Positions 23,324 through 35,527 of a DNA stretch of 64,000 nt are shown piece by piece. Source of the DNA: Oopsacas minuta (Eukaryota > Animalia > Porifera); assembly GCA_024704765.1 (NCBI GenBank), contig JAKMXF010000313.1, forward strand, positions 279,450 through 343,449. The letters are read 5' to 3'. Each line of letters starts with the position of its first letter. Within the stretch, counting starts at the first letter, position 1. The translations under genes and the position numbers were made by a program. The notes under the pieces were generated by a model that was not told the DNA's origin, ran no database searches, and saw only the letters and a program-made list of their open reading frames with translations.

Positions 23324-23727
23324 AGATTTTATTATTATCCATTGTGAGTCTTTTATATCGATTGCTATTCGATGGAAACTCTCTCACAATTACGATTTGT
23401 GATATATTTCGTACTAGGGAGCTGAGCGTGTCTGCATTGATATGTAAACTAGTTGACAAATATGATAGCATTTTAAACTACAGTAGAACTCGGATAAGAT
23501 GTACTTCTTTCTAAACCAAATTTTATTTCCCATTCATTTTAATACAATCCTTACTATGTACTAATTTGGGTATGTCTTATCCGAATTCCACTGTAATGTA
23601 ACTATAATTTGAGGTACAGTGTATAAGTATCGACCGTGCCAAATTGCAATCCATAGCACGAGCCCACTCTAGTTTTGAACTTATTATACGTAGTTTGTTA
23701 GTGTTTTTCGTAGAATAAGCTTCGAAT

Positions 23728-24254
23728 CGGAGCTGCAAATGGGTCAGATGGGTCGATGGGTCATGACCCACCAGTACTTATATGCATATAGTGTATTTAG
23801 AAAAATAAAACGAATTTATATGCGATTTGCCACACATTAATGTATAAAGGTTAGTATTATCAACAATTATGTTTTGTCACGTTAATATTATTGTCAAAAA
23901 TATAATATAGCTGAAAATTGAATTACAATTGTTATCTAATATAGCTATGCGGATTTTTGTAATCCAAGGATCTTCAGCAGAAAGCGAGAGGCATTTTAGT
24001 ACTTTTAATGCTCGGAATATTATAAATTACCAACGAAATTCAATGTTACCCGAGACTGTGTAGGCTGTTTCGGTAGTTTTGGAGGGATACAAAAACAGCA
24101 TAATTGTATGAGTTTATTGAAATAATTTTCAACATGAATCTCTTAGTATTAAACTGTGTTGTGTTTCAAAAGTTAATTGGTCAAGATGGGTCACGAGATA
24201 ATCGATGGGTCGTATGGGTCATAGGTCACTTGGTATGACCAATTTGCAGCTCTG
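23728..24254 (+). mobile_element. Deleted hAT derivative retaining a dimerisation-domain remnant
   Basis: TIR CGGAGCTGCAAATGGGTCA / TGACCAATTTGCAGCTCTG. TSD CTTCGAAT / CTTCGAGT. GATGGGTC subterminal repeats. Internal peptide IAMRIFVIQGSSAESERHFS followed by a stop. Confidence 0.8.
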
Positions 24255-24421
24255 CTTCGAGTATGCATTAATTTGTGAGTATATGACGTAGTTTTTGTGG
24301 ATTTCTGAAAATTTTCATTAGTATTTCTATTAGTATTTTATTAGTGTTGCTATAGATACGTATTACGTACGTATATGACTAATATTGAGTATGTATTAAT
24401 TGAATAGATGATATAGTGTAT

Positions 24422-25297
24422 ATGGCTGAAAACTATTCACACTCGCTCGAAGACAGTGTAGATATCAGTGATGAAATATCTGAATTTGGTGAATTGATCA
24501 TATCGCCAAATACGGATGTAAATATTTCTGTTCGTGATGATTTCTCTGTTGAGAAGGTTGGTCTGGATTTAGACAAACTGAATCCTTGTCCTAACATTGG
24601 GAGCGCCGGATTTATAGTATTAGATCTTGAGACAGATGGACTTCTACAAAAGCGAGGAGGATCATTGAGAATACCTTCCATTACGCAAGTAGCATTTGGA
24701 CCACTGGAGATGATGCCTATTCAAATTTATATAACCAATTTCTACGTTGTAAATGATCATTTCAATATTAAGTTAGCAGCAAGTGAATTTTTGAGGATTA
24801 ATTATAAAAAATACGATGATAAAGAAAAATGTTATACTCTAACCTCTAATATTAGAAGAAAAGCTGTTCCATTGGAGAGAGTAGCAGAATATTTGGTTAA
24901 GTGGAAATGTAAAATGTATGGAGAAAGTAAGCCAGTTTTCCTTATTGCTCATAACGCAAATGGATTTGATAAAATTGTACTTGAACACAATCTCAAAGTT
25001 AGAGGTATTTTTGATAAATTCAAAAGAGACATGAATTTGTTTGGGTGGATAGACTCTCTACCTCTTTTACGTAATCTGCCATGTGTCGCACAAGTGTTGA
25101 GGTTTCCAGGTGACTCTGTTCCTAATCCAATGAAGAGACCATTTAGTTTGCCTTATCTGGTCAAGCATCTTGATCTCAAACGCAATAATGGGGATTCTTT
25201 CGTTCTCCACTACGCTGAAAATGATGTTGAAGCCCTCATCAAGATAATGAAGGATTTAAATTTACATAAGATTCTCAGTCAGACTATTGTAATATAA
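24422..25297 (+). CDS. DEDDh (DnaQ/TREX-like) 3'-5' exonuclease
   Basis: ExoI LDLETDG, ExoII IAHNANGFD and ExoIII HYAENDV. First ATG at 24422. Confidence 0.82.
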   Translation: MAENYSHSLEDSVDISDEISEFGELIISPNTDVNISVRDDFSVEKVGLDLDKLNPCPNIGSAGFIVLDLETDGLLQKRGGSLRIPSITQVAFGPLEMMPIQIYITNFYVVNDHFNIKLAASEFLRINYKKYDDKEKCYTLTSNIRRKAVPLERVAEYLVKWKCKMYGESKPVFLIAHNANGFDKIVLEHNLKVRGIFDKFKRDMNLFGWIDSLPLLRNLPCVAQVLRFPGDSVPNPMKRPFSLPYLVKHLDLKRNNGDSFVLHYAENDVEALIKIMKDLNLHKILSQTIVI

Positions 25298-25350
25298 CTT
25301 TGTGTATTTTATTAATTCTAGCCTTGCTCTTTGGTTTACGAGGTATACAA

Positions 25351-25383
<33 letters not shown>

Positions 25384-25644
25384 CAAAATAAACGTAGAAT
25401 TCTAGGGCGCCAAACGCCGTTAACTAGAACGAATATTCACTTCTCTTCGTTGTACTTTTAGTACTTATCACATCCGTTAACTTAAACATTCGCTATCTCG
25501 AAAAGCCAGATTTTGATTCCCTGAGGGTTCGAGTTACCGGATATTAACTGTATATCTACATAATTTTATATTAGGCCATGTAAAGTAAATTACTTGTTTC
25601 TTACCCGGAATTTCTTCGGAAACTGGAACGGCGGACGGTTTCTT

Positions 25645-26112
25645 ATTAGTGCAGCTCATATAGGGAGATGCCCTAATGGCATGGACGATGTGCGACGTGT
25701 GTACGTACGTCCGCGCCAAATCTAGCAGTCCAATTCACATGAAAATTGGCATACATATACATTTTGGGTCGGAGATTTGCACCTCGGTGAATTTTTTAAA
25801 GTGAATATTTCACACCTTTTTGGTGATTAATCATATTTTCACACCTTTCTATGTAAACACAAAAGCAAGCTAGAGATTAGGGGTAATTGTAGGATAATTA
25901 TTCGAAATTTTACCCATAGAATTTGAGGATGGAAAATGGAATACATTAGGGGACGAATGATATTGAATATCCTGAAATATTTATCAGATCCAGGAGCCTA
26001 AAATCAGTCGGGTCTAGTATATTGCGGCATTTACACAGGGGGCGTGCTCCCCTAAAAAGAACAAGTTACATATCCCTGAGCTGCACTACCAGTCTGTCGG
26101 CTGGACATTTTT
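25645..26112 (+). mobile_element. HINE/DINE-1-like (Helentron-associated) element
   Basis: Subterminal inverted repeat TAGTGCAGCTC (25647) / GAGCTGCACTA (26078), 3' stem-loop CCAG-TCTGTCGG-CTGG, then a T-run. Short simple-repeat tract near the 5' end. No TSD. Confidence 0.65.
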
Positions 26113-26449
26113 TATAGGCCAGTTTATATCTAAAATAAGATAACCCTTCGATTATCACATTATTTCTGTGCATACAAATATTCAATTTTTCAACTATACA
26201 AGTACTGTAGGACTCGGTTTAGATGTGCTCTGTTGAGAAACAAATATAAGTACTTATTAACTGAGTATAACTGTAATAAAATGTGGATTGCACAATCTTT
26301 GACCAAATTATTATCCATAAATTTGGAAAAATGCAAATAATATCTTTCCGGACGGGGGGACAAAATTTGGGACTGGAGGGGATGAGAAAATAGTAAAATA
26401 TTCCATAAAATGTGAAAAGAAATCGAAAAAACAGAAGCGCCGAGTTTAA

Positions 26450-27475
26450 GGTGTGAAAACGAGTATAGCGCAGATTATAAGTTTGTTATTTAATAAATTC
26501 TTAAGAATACCTTCTTCATTGAAGATGCAGTCTGTAGCTCTATACTTTACTTCTCTGTCACACACATAAATTCGTTTATATGTAATATGTAGAACTGATC
26601 ATCTCTCATGTACATTGAATCACTGATAGAAGTGGATCCCCTAATAGTTCGATAGATAAATATATCTCTTCTTTGAAATTTAGAGATTTATCAAAAACGA
26701 AATTTAAAAGTTTTCCAGAATAACATAAAACAACCATTTTATCGTCTGCAGTAACAACCATCTTTAATAGAGAAATATCAATACTGTTTTTCTAAACAAG
26801 AGAGTAATTTGATTGTTTGTACTGCAGTATCTTCTTAGGCGAGAGATGTTCGCTAGAAGTTCCAACATAAATAAATTCACTGCTAGTAGCAATACTACTG
26901 TTAGCAGGTCCTCTTTCTCCGAATACGTTAACAAAAGTAAAATCTATTGCTTGAATATTGCGATGGGAAATCTAATTTTATTGACGTCGTGTGTACAAAC
27001 AACATAGATAAGTTCTTAACCATAGTCAATATGACAAATGTTTGATAGTATAAATTTGTTTATTTGCATCAGTTACTTTAACAGATGAGAGTATCTTAGA
27101 ATATTTTGATAGATATTTAATTTGAAGACTGATAATTTCCACAAATTGTTCGACTTGAGTAATCAGCTGGTTGATATTACAGTTGAATTTACAATTAGAA
27201 TTTATATCAAATCAATTTTTATCTTTCCAATTTTATTATCAATATCAGTTAGAGATACTCGCTGCTCCTTCATGGAAAAGTTTAGTTGGACTGACATGTT
27301 TTAGACTTAAGCTCTTAACTTTTCGAATTCTTTAAGATTCTCAATAATAGGAGCATTCTTTGCTTCAAGTGAACTACTCAACTTCTGATAAATTTCTATC
27401 AAACACTTTTATTCGTGTGGTGATAACTTCTAGAACAGAATCTTCTAGCTTTGATTCAGCATGAGATGTGGCCAT
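26450..27475 (-). pseudogene. Decayed gene of an expanded coiled-coil plus beta-repeat family
   Basis: ATG at 27475 gives MATSHAESKLEDSVLEVITTRIKVFDRNLSEVE*, followed by shifted-frame coiled-coil-like peptides (EAKNAPIIENLKEFEKLRA, NINQLITQVEQFVEII). Multiple stops. Family assignment is uncertain. Confidence 0.4.
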
Positions 27476-30110
27476 TAGATTGTCTTATAACTAAATATAA
27501 TAATACGATTGAAAATACAAGGAGGAAATAATCGGGCATGTAAATAAGAATTAGCAGTGCCGGGCGGGGCGAGGCTAGGGCAGTGAGGCAACAAAATGAA
27601 TATTTTTAGGAGGCAGATAGCAGTAAATAGGGGAGGGGCAATGTATCTTTCAAAGTACCTTTTTTGTGTTGTGATCCTAAGTTCAAAAATTATGAGCGAG
27701 CGTAGCGAGCAAGCAGAAATTGAAAGGTTCAAGAGCTCGAGAAAATATAGTGAATATTTTCCTGTATCCTGATTTGTAGGACAAAAACAAGACTGTGTAT
27801 ATACCTTCATTATTTAATTGTTCGCGTCTATTATATAGTGTTATAATGGTTGATTAAATGTGATCATACAAGCTAACCGTCCATGGATTCTTTTCTAGCA
27901 TAACTACCATACCCCACACCCATAATCCTAAATTCATGATCATTACATGCAAATAATACACGAAATTATGTAACATTAATTATATTATCCCTGAGCCCTG
28001 GGTAAAACTGGACTATTTCTACATTTCCATCCGTTATCAAATAATGTTCTCTCAAATTCAATACGTACGAGTCGCTTCGCTTGTTCGCGCCACGCGGCTA
28101 GCGAACACTTTGTGTTCGCTTGAGACTTGGCACTTCATGCCTCGAATTTAGAACAGCATAACATTGCATAATGAATTAATAAATATTTGACCCACCCTGA
28201 TGTTTTTTAGGGTGGGTTTTACCCACTCTGATTTGTTCATTGCCGAGATAAATATTGGTGTCACTTGTCAATTACCCTACTCGCATTTATCCAAGACATG
28301 TGTTTTCTAAATGTAAGTGTTATAATTGTAATTAGTATTATCTATTGAGGTCATGTGGCAAGTGTTATCGAATATAACTAGAGCACTTATATTGGTTTCT
28401 TTGAGCATTTATACTTATAGATAATTATTAAGGGAAATAAGCAGAGGGGATTAACTTTCGCAATTCCAGAAATATAGGAAACTTCTTGCATATTAAGACT
28501 TATTAGTATCATTTATATTATAGATTAGATTTGTTATTAAACACAATAAATTGTATCCAAAATTCACTAAATAAATATTTGGGTTTACATGTGTTTTACC
28601 CACCCTGACCAAATTGAGTTCTGGCGCCTATGGTAAGGTATAGAGTTCACTTAACTTAGATTAGTTAACTCATGTACGGTAGAACTCGAATAAGACGTAC
28701 GCCCTCTGGAAACGAAAATTTGTAGGTACTAACAGAAGTAAATCTTATCCAATATTCTTCCCATAAAAATAGTACAAGAACTGATAAACCGTTTTGGATA
28801 AAAGTACGCACTAACCGAGAGTACGTCATAATCCGAGTAAGTACTAACAGAGTTCCACTGTACGTTATTCTTTCACTCTCTATAATAGAGGTGATGTCAA
28901 TTAGGTATTTCCACACTATAAATACTTTCTCCAAATTTGTTGTCAAGGACTCAAGGTTGTTTTAATTAAGATTAATTTTCTCAGTCCGGTTTAGATTATT
29001 TCTTTGTGTTACTATCATTTTATAAATCCTTGTAATAGCTATCAATACTAATTGGGTATGTTAAAGAAGAATACGATTTGGTTAAATAGATTTTTCTTTT
29101 CAGATTAGCTTCACACAAAGGGAAATATGCTTAATATCAAATTTGTTCACTCTATTAGAAAGAAAATGTTGTGCAAAACTTGATTGCAATTACCCGAACA
29201 CCAATACACCACTGTATTCACAAAAATCGCCTGGACTATAATCTATAATTAATTTATTGTTTATGAATATAAAGTAAACAAATAATTGAAATATAAAAAT
29301 AACGTAGAGACTTGCCCTTAACGGCTACACTGGGGTAACACAATACGTTGAAATTTAAGATAACTTTTCAATATCACAATGTTTCCAGATCATGTATGAT
29401 TATCTTGGCAGGGATATATTCCTCCTAGGTCCCCTGGATCCGCCACTGGGTCCCCAGCTGTTAAGATTAGCGAACGTCCATTGTATTATTGTTTTCATGA
29501 ATCATGATATAATTTACTGAACTAAAAAATACTACGTATCTTGTAAATACGGCCCTCTATTGGATAGGTAAAGAATATTAAGAGGATTTTCCTATATGCT
29601 TGTTTAGGCTCGTCTCATTTTACTGACTATATTGACATTGAGCTAAATAATCGTATAAAAGTAAAGTGTTTAAGTGGTATATTTTAGTGAGCTTTGTGAG
29701 GGCATACAAATTATTTAGCATTCTGCGAGGCGGGTTAAGTCAATATACGTTAAAAGGGAACTTTCGCCGTATCTATTTCGTTATTAACGAATATTTTTTA
29801 GGTAATTAAAGTGATTTCCAGCATATTTGGGCACTTCTTGCATAGCCAGTATGGGTCATCAAATAATTAAAAGTGGGTTTCATCCGACACAATAATGATA
29901 TTTAGGTATACCCGAAATCTTCCTCTGAATTATTTATTCTCAGGGAACATTCAGTAGGCGTCTCTGTTTGAGTAATATGTTGAACATGCCTTAAATATTA
30001 AATCTAATAAATACAGAAATATACTTCACACAATATATACGTATATACTCTTTCTATAAAATTACTACAAAAAAGGCCTAAACGATTAACTAAGTTTTAA
30101 AAGTAATTAG

Positions 30111-32246
30111 TTAGCTGAGGAGAACAATAGAGAAGATTGATAGCATTAGTAGGTAGAGGGATACCAAGATTTGGTTAGGACTTGAATCAGTGGGAGTCTC
30201 ACAGGCTGATCCAAAATACCCTGCGTCACATCTGCAAGTGCCAAGATTAGTACATACCCCATTCCCAGCACACTCAGTACCGTTAAATAATGTACACATG
30301 GTGATAGGTAGAGTTGAAATGTCAACACAGGCTTGCGAGATGCAGATCTGTTCATTACCACAATAAGTTCCATCGAATACTAGACCTGGATCTGGTACAT
30401 CATTGCCTACGTCAATAGTTGCACTACTACACGTGTATGATTCAGACTGGGATGAAAACATGAAAGAAATGAGTGATATATCACCCGAAAGTTGGAAATC
30501 ATCGAAACCTATATTACTACAGTGGATCTTCCCACATTGAACATTACCAGCAGTGCAAGGTACAAAAACACCGCCTGCGTTCATTCCACAATTACCATCC
30601 TCATTACCACGGATATTTAATTGGTCGAAGCATCGATTATCTGCCACATTACTTGTAGATCCCCACAAGTAATCACATTGACTACTAAGGTATTTACAGT
30701 CCCCTTGGTAACAGTAAGAACTTTGTGAATTTTCAATGCATGGTATTCCATCCCTCTTATACTCATTATTGGGACATAAACTATCGCTACCGGTGCAATA
30801 TTCCCTAAGGTCACAGACGTTTGCTACATCTCTGCATAGGTAAGTGGAGTCTCTGAATTGACAATTAACGCAACAGTCTCCATCTGCACAACTCGCACCA
30901 GCCTTTAGTACGCAAAGTCCCGGCTCACAACATGGATCAACTGATTCACAGGTAATGTTGGAACCGCAATCGCATTGCTCTCCTTCTTCCACGAATCCGT
31001 TTCCACAGAAAGGATCAGTTGCCAGACGTTCTGGCTCGTTATAAATACAAAAGCCTACTCCTTCTTCTAGGCTGGCACTCAGATCGTTAACACTACAGGT
31101 ACTGAACAGGGTTACAGGCAATCCGCTACCAACTGCGTTCATAATGCAACCGTTATCAGAGGCACAAGAGTAACAACTTCGTTCTTCATCGTGCTGCATT
31201 CCAAAGTTGTGTCCCATCTCGTGAGAAACTGTGCTAGCTATGGATATTGCGTTGTTCCCGCTCGTATCTCGGTTAACCCCGCCTGAACTATCAAAACACA
31301 TGGAGCCAACAGGAGCCATACCCACAACACTACTTGATGGTTGATCAATTCCCGTTATCAATTGCGCATTGTCAAATGTTACTGAAGCTTGTGTTTTTAA
31401 AGTGGGGAGATATTCAAGCCATCTATCGAGAGTCACTCCTAAATCTCCACTAACAGCGATCATATCTGATAACCAAACAGAAACTCCAACGATAGCTACC
31501 CTTACTTCAATTGTAGAGTAGCTAGCATCCATTTGGTTAGCTATCTCTATAGCATACTGACGGCTTGCATCACTGGTGCCGATTCTGTTATTCAGTGTAC
31601 TGTCTATTACGATATACAGCTCTACGAATCTGCTAATCTGACCCTGACGTCTAAGTCTTGTATTGGTTGGGCTCAATTCATTTGGAATTGCGTGGAAATC
31701 TTTTGGTATATCTGTCTCATGTAGCGTCCCACATGTTTTGTATTTACTAGCATGTTCATACTTGATATTATAGAGGAAGTGCGATTTCCCAGGTGTATAG
31801 TGAAGTACGTAGAATTCACCATCCAAATATATTCTTCCACGCAATCCATTGCAAGTGCTCATTGCTGCGTAGGAATCAATCGATTCATCAAGGTAACCTT
31901 TGTAATAACAATGTTCTACACTCGTAGAGTGAATTTCATGGTCATAATCGTTCGTATGAAACCTGAAATATGAAGGAATTAGCTCGATGTTTAATTGAAG
32001 ATTGAGATTCCACTCTGTCCCATTCTCAAATTCTATTACATATTTCTCGTCGTTAGGGTATCCAGGGTAACCGAAATGTATGTATTTAAATGGATGAGAG
32101 GAATTTATGAGCTGTAGAGAAACAAATTCAAAGTTGGAAGCTCGCGAGCTAGCAAATGTAATATCCTCGTTCTCTATTTCTAAATTCCTTCCATCAGTGA
32201 TAGCGAATGTTAAACAAAAATAGACAAACAGCAGTAATGAATTCAT
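30111..32246 (-). CDS. ADAM disintegrin metalloprotease
   Basis: Signal peptide, prodomain with cysteine switch (KTCGT), zinc motif HEMGHNFGMQHD, Met-turn CIMNA, disintegrin (CGNGFVEEGEQCDCG...CDLREYC), Cys-rich and EGF domains, and a hydrophobic C-terminus with no cytoplasmic tail. Confidence 0.93.
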   Translation of the reverse strand: MNSLLLFVYFCLTFAITDGRNLEIENEDITFASSRASNFEFVSLQLINSSHPFKYIHFGYPGYPNDEKYVIEFENGTEWNLNLQLNIELIPSYFRFHTNDYDHEIHSTSVEHCYYKGYLDESIDSYAAMSTCNGLRGRIYLDGEFYVLHYTPGKSHFLYNIKYEHASKYKTCGTLHETDIPKDFHAIPNELSPTNTRLRRQGQISRFVELYIVIDSTLNNRIGTSDASRQYAIEIANQMDASYSTIEVRVAIVGVSVWLSDMIAVSGDLGVTLDRWLEYLPTLKTQASVTFDNAQLITGIDQPSSSVVGMAPVGSMCFDSSGGVNRDTSGNNAISIASTVSHEMGHNFGMQHDEERSCYSCASDNGCIMNAVGSGLPVTLFSTCSVNDLSASLEEGVGFCIYNEPERLATDPFCGNGFVEEGEQCDCGSNITCESVDPCCEPGLCVLKAGASCADGDCCVNCQFRDSTYLCRDVANVCDLREYCTGSDSLCPNNEYKRDGIPCIENSQSSYCYQGDCKYLSSQCDYLWGSTSNVADNRCFDQLNIRGNEDGNCGMNAGGVFVPCTAGNVQCGKIHCSNIGFDDFQLSGDISLISFMFSSQSESYTCSSATIDVGNDVPDPGLVFDGTYCGNEQICISQACVDISTLPITMCTLFNGTECAGNGVCTNLGTCRCDAGYFGSACETPTDSSPNQILVSLYLLMLSIFSIVLLS

Positions 32247-32973
32247 CCTCTTTCTGCTGCATATTCAATTTCTGCTTTATATACCTTAGAGAATTGAAAG
32301 AGATGTCTACTCGACTCAGTATATGGAAATTTGATATTATGCATACCTTTATAATTACTAGATGGTTTTCTAAGCATGCTAGTAGAATTATGACGTCGGG
32401 GTACACAGAATTAGGGAAATAGCTCAATATTAAATTTTTGGTATAATTCCTACATACAAATTTTTAGGTCAAATTCCGATTTTCGATTTGGGTCTATCCT
32501 CAAAATTATTTTTGGGCCTAATTCCAGCGTCTCATAAACGATTATACATTTATTGATGATAACAATATTCGTGCTACAGATAAACTTGATTACATTGCGA
32601 GCGGTGGAACTAACAGTGCTTTATCCATATACCCGACGGATAGAGAATATTTTGACCCAATGCCGTAAATATGAATCCTAACTAATTCGATCAAAATTCT
32701 TCCCTTGCCAGAATATCGCTTCAATACACCATCCAACTACCAGGGTAGCAGGAAGCTCCCCGCAAAGGGGCAGGTTAAGAGAGATATTCGTTTCTAACAA
32801 AAAACTACCATTATTCAAGTGATGATAGTATACTTGCTTTACATGAGGTGGCACAATGAGCCTTCAGCAGACCGTAGGGGAAGCAAGTGAAGTGTGCTTG
32901 AAAAAGTAAATATACGTATGGGGCTATGGGTACCAGTCAACTTGTACCAAATTTTTAAGTCATTCGTTCTATT

Positions 32974-33505
32974 ATTAGTGCAGCTCCTGAGATGCCACAA
33001 TGGCATGGACAACGTCCGTACGTCCGCGCGGCCGTGCGAATTCTAGCAGTCCAATTAACATGCAAATTGGTATCCATATACATCTGGGATTTTCACCTCG
33101 GTTATGCAATTTTTCTAAAGTGATAATTTTACACCTTACTATGTAAAATTCATTTTCATGAGACTAAGTTTCAGCATGTTGTCAGGAGTAATTGGGTGCT
33201 TAGTGTCCGATTTTGAGATTTCAGGATCTGAAACTAAAAGTAACAAATTCTCAGATTTATCTTTGATTAATCATATTTTCACACCTTTTGCAATTATTTC
33301 AAAACGATGTTAGAAATTTCGCTCCAGCTACTTGTCAGGTGTAATTGTGTATGTAAATTCCAATTAATATTTTCAAATCTATACCTACATGATTTAGCAT
33401 ATGATTAATCATATTTTTACCACTTTACAGATAAAAAATTTGTATTAGGCAGAAATATGACGCAGATGCATGAGCTGCACTCCCACTCTTCCGGTTGTAC
33501 AATTT
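32974..33505 (+). mobile_element. HINE/DINE-1-like element, second copy
   Basis: TAGTGCAGCTC (32976) / GAGCTGCACT (33472). Shares ATGGCATGGAC..CGTACGTCCGCG..CTAGCAGTCCAATT with 25645-26112. Confidence 0.6.
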
Positions 33506-34954
33506 AAGTCAACTCGTACCGACGTAACAACTGCGAAGTAAATGTCTCCCACCATTGTGTTGTACCAGCGTAGTTAACGCGTTATCTAAGTTGTTGTCGA
33601 GCGAATTTACAGAAGATTAGCGGATAAAAGGTCTTAGATATTTCCCCAAGTATTTTAACTCACGATTCGAGTTGTTGTAAAGGGTATTTATCATGCGATA
33701 CAGAATTAAACCGTGCAAATTAGTACATGGGATCACACAAGTAAGTTGCCCCCGGGGACACTTTACTTTGGGGTTAGGTTACCACGTGACAGTATACTCT
33801 GACTAGGATAGATTATACCCTGGTATAATTTAAGCATCAGTAGGAGTTAACTTTAGTACGATATGACTTAGTACAAGTTGACCTGGTCCGAGTTGGTATT
33901 TAGTACTAGTTAGTGTGTGGTAGGAGTTGACTGGCAATCATACGTATACATCTACTATAACTATCCCAATGTCAGCGATATAACTCTCACCAAATGCACA
34001 ACTAATTTCCTACACCCTGGTTTTCCCACTTCAGCATAAATGGTGAACAAATATTTTCATTAAACAATACTATATACATAGACTTTGGAGCATCCATATT
34101 CTGGTCAGTCCGATGCCCCAATTAATGAGTAGCGAAAAGTTAGAATATATATATTGGGTCATACTCGATTACCCCTCAGTAGTTAGCAGCCATTGAATTG
34201 AATTTCTAGCATCATTTTGAATTCTCTTTAGAACATATCATAACGACTAAACATTTTGTCCATTGGTAAGAGATTTATCATATTTTCCTAAAATTGTGAA
34301 AATATGAAAATCTGCATATTATGAACATCCTCTATAATTTCTTCCCTGAGCATTAGTTCACTTAATATGAAGTTATAGGGCATTTAGATTTGATTAAAAC
34401 CCTTAACGGATTTCAAACTTGGCTGTAAAAGCGACTAAACGTCCCGCGACGATGTGTCGCCCATTTTATGAGATGTCGCATAACAAGCCTTAATTTGGGA
34501 GCTGAAGAATTCAATAAAACTTGATAAAAAAAGCTGAATTTGATTTTCACACTTTTGAATTAATCATATGTACGAATGTAAAGAAAACAAATTTTCATAC
34601 GCCTAGAGATATATTTGCCCAAATTTATACGCCTATAGGCGCGCCGCATACATCTGGATAACACCCTGGTTCATCCACCTTGAGAAATTTGACCCCCCCC
34701 CCTAGGAATTTTAGGCACTATCTAAATTATTTTGCTGTTCTGTTTTTATGTCATATTTTCTTGGACTTTTGAATTCTACCTAATATATTACAATGTATGC
34801 CAACATCATCTAGAATGTGGCACTCTAAAACAGTGCCACATTTCAATTAATATAATACAATATTATATGTACCTCTTATTCACATAGTGCCTGCTACAAT
34901 TAGTGCAAGTTTAACCCCTGTATCCTGAAAACCTTCAAATTAATATACTATACT

Positions 34955-35527
34955 CAGGGCCGGATTAGCACTCGATGGGGCCCTAAGCCAAGTATACTAT
35001 GAGGCTCACTCTATAATTCCTGCTCAGAATAGCAAGCATTTCAAAGAGGCTCACCCCTCACTCCCTGGCCTCGCTTAATATAAACTGAAAGTCTATATGT
35101 AACTGACAAATACCATTTATTAAGCATCATGTATTATAAATTTAGAAAATAATACTAAATACCATTTTCATTAAAAATTGAATCAAACTAATCAAATGGG
35201 AAATTAAAAAAACAATAAAAACTATTGAGTTTTAATATATAAGATAACTTTATTCATTGCTAGGCTGAGTGGAACTCAGAAATGAAGCTTAACAATTGAA
35301 TATAGTGGATACAGACGTTGTTTGATGTTTTCATATTGACTGCCTTGTCATTCAATTAAGATTGATTTTTGTGGCGTTCGCATTTAAAATGACTACACTT
35401 TGCGAGCAAACAACAAATGCAGTGTGGGGACTGAGACTGGCTATGCCAAGCTATTTCTTCGTTGAATTGGTGAGTGCCGTGAGGCCCTAAGCCATGGCTT
35501 ATTTGGCTTATAGGCTAATCCGGCCTG
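34955..35527 (-). mobile_element. hAT MITE, copy 2 (inverted relative to 20711-21286)
   Basis: Same TIRs and interior as copy 1. Perfect 8-bp TSD ACTATACT (34947-34954 and 35528-35535). Confidence 0.9.
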
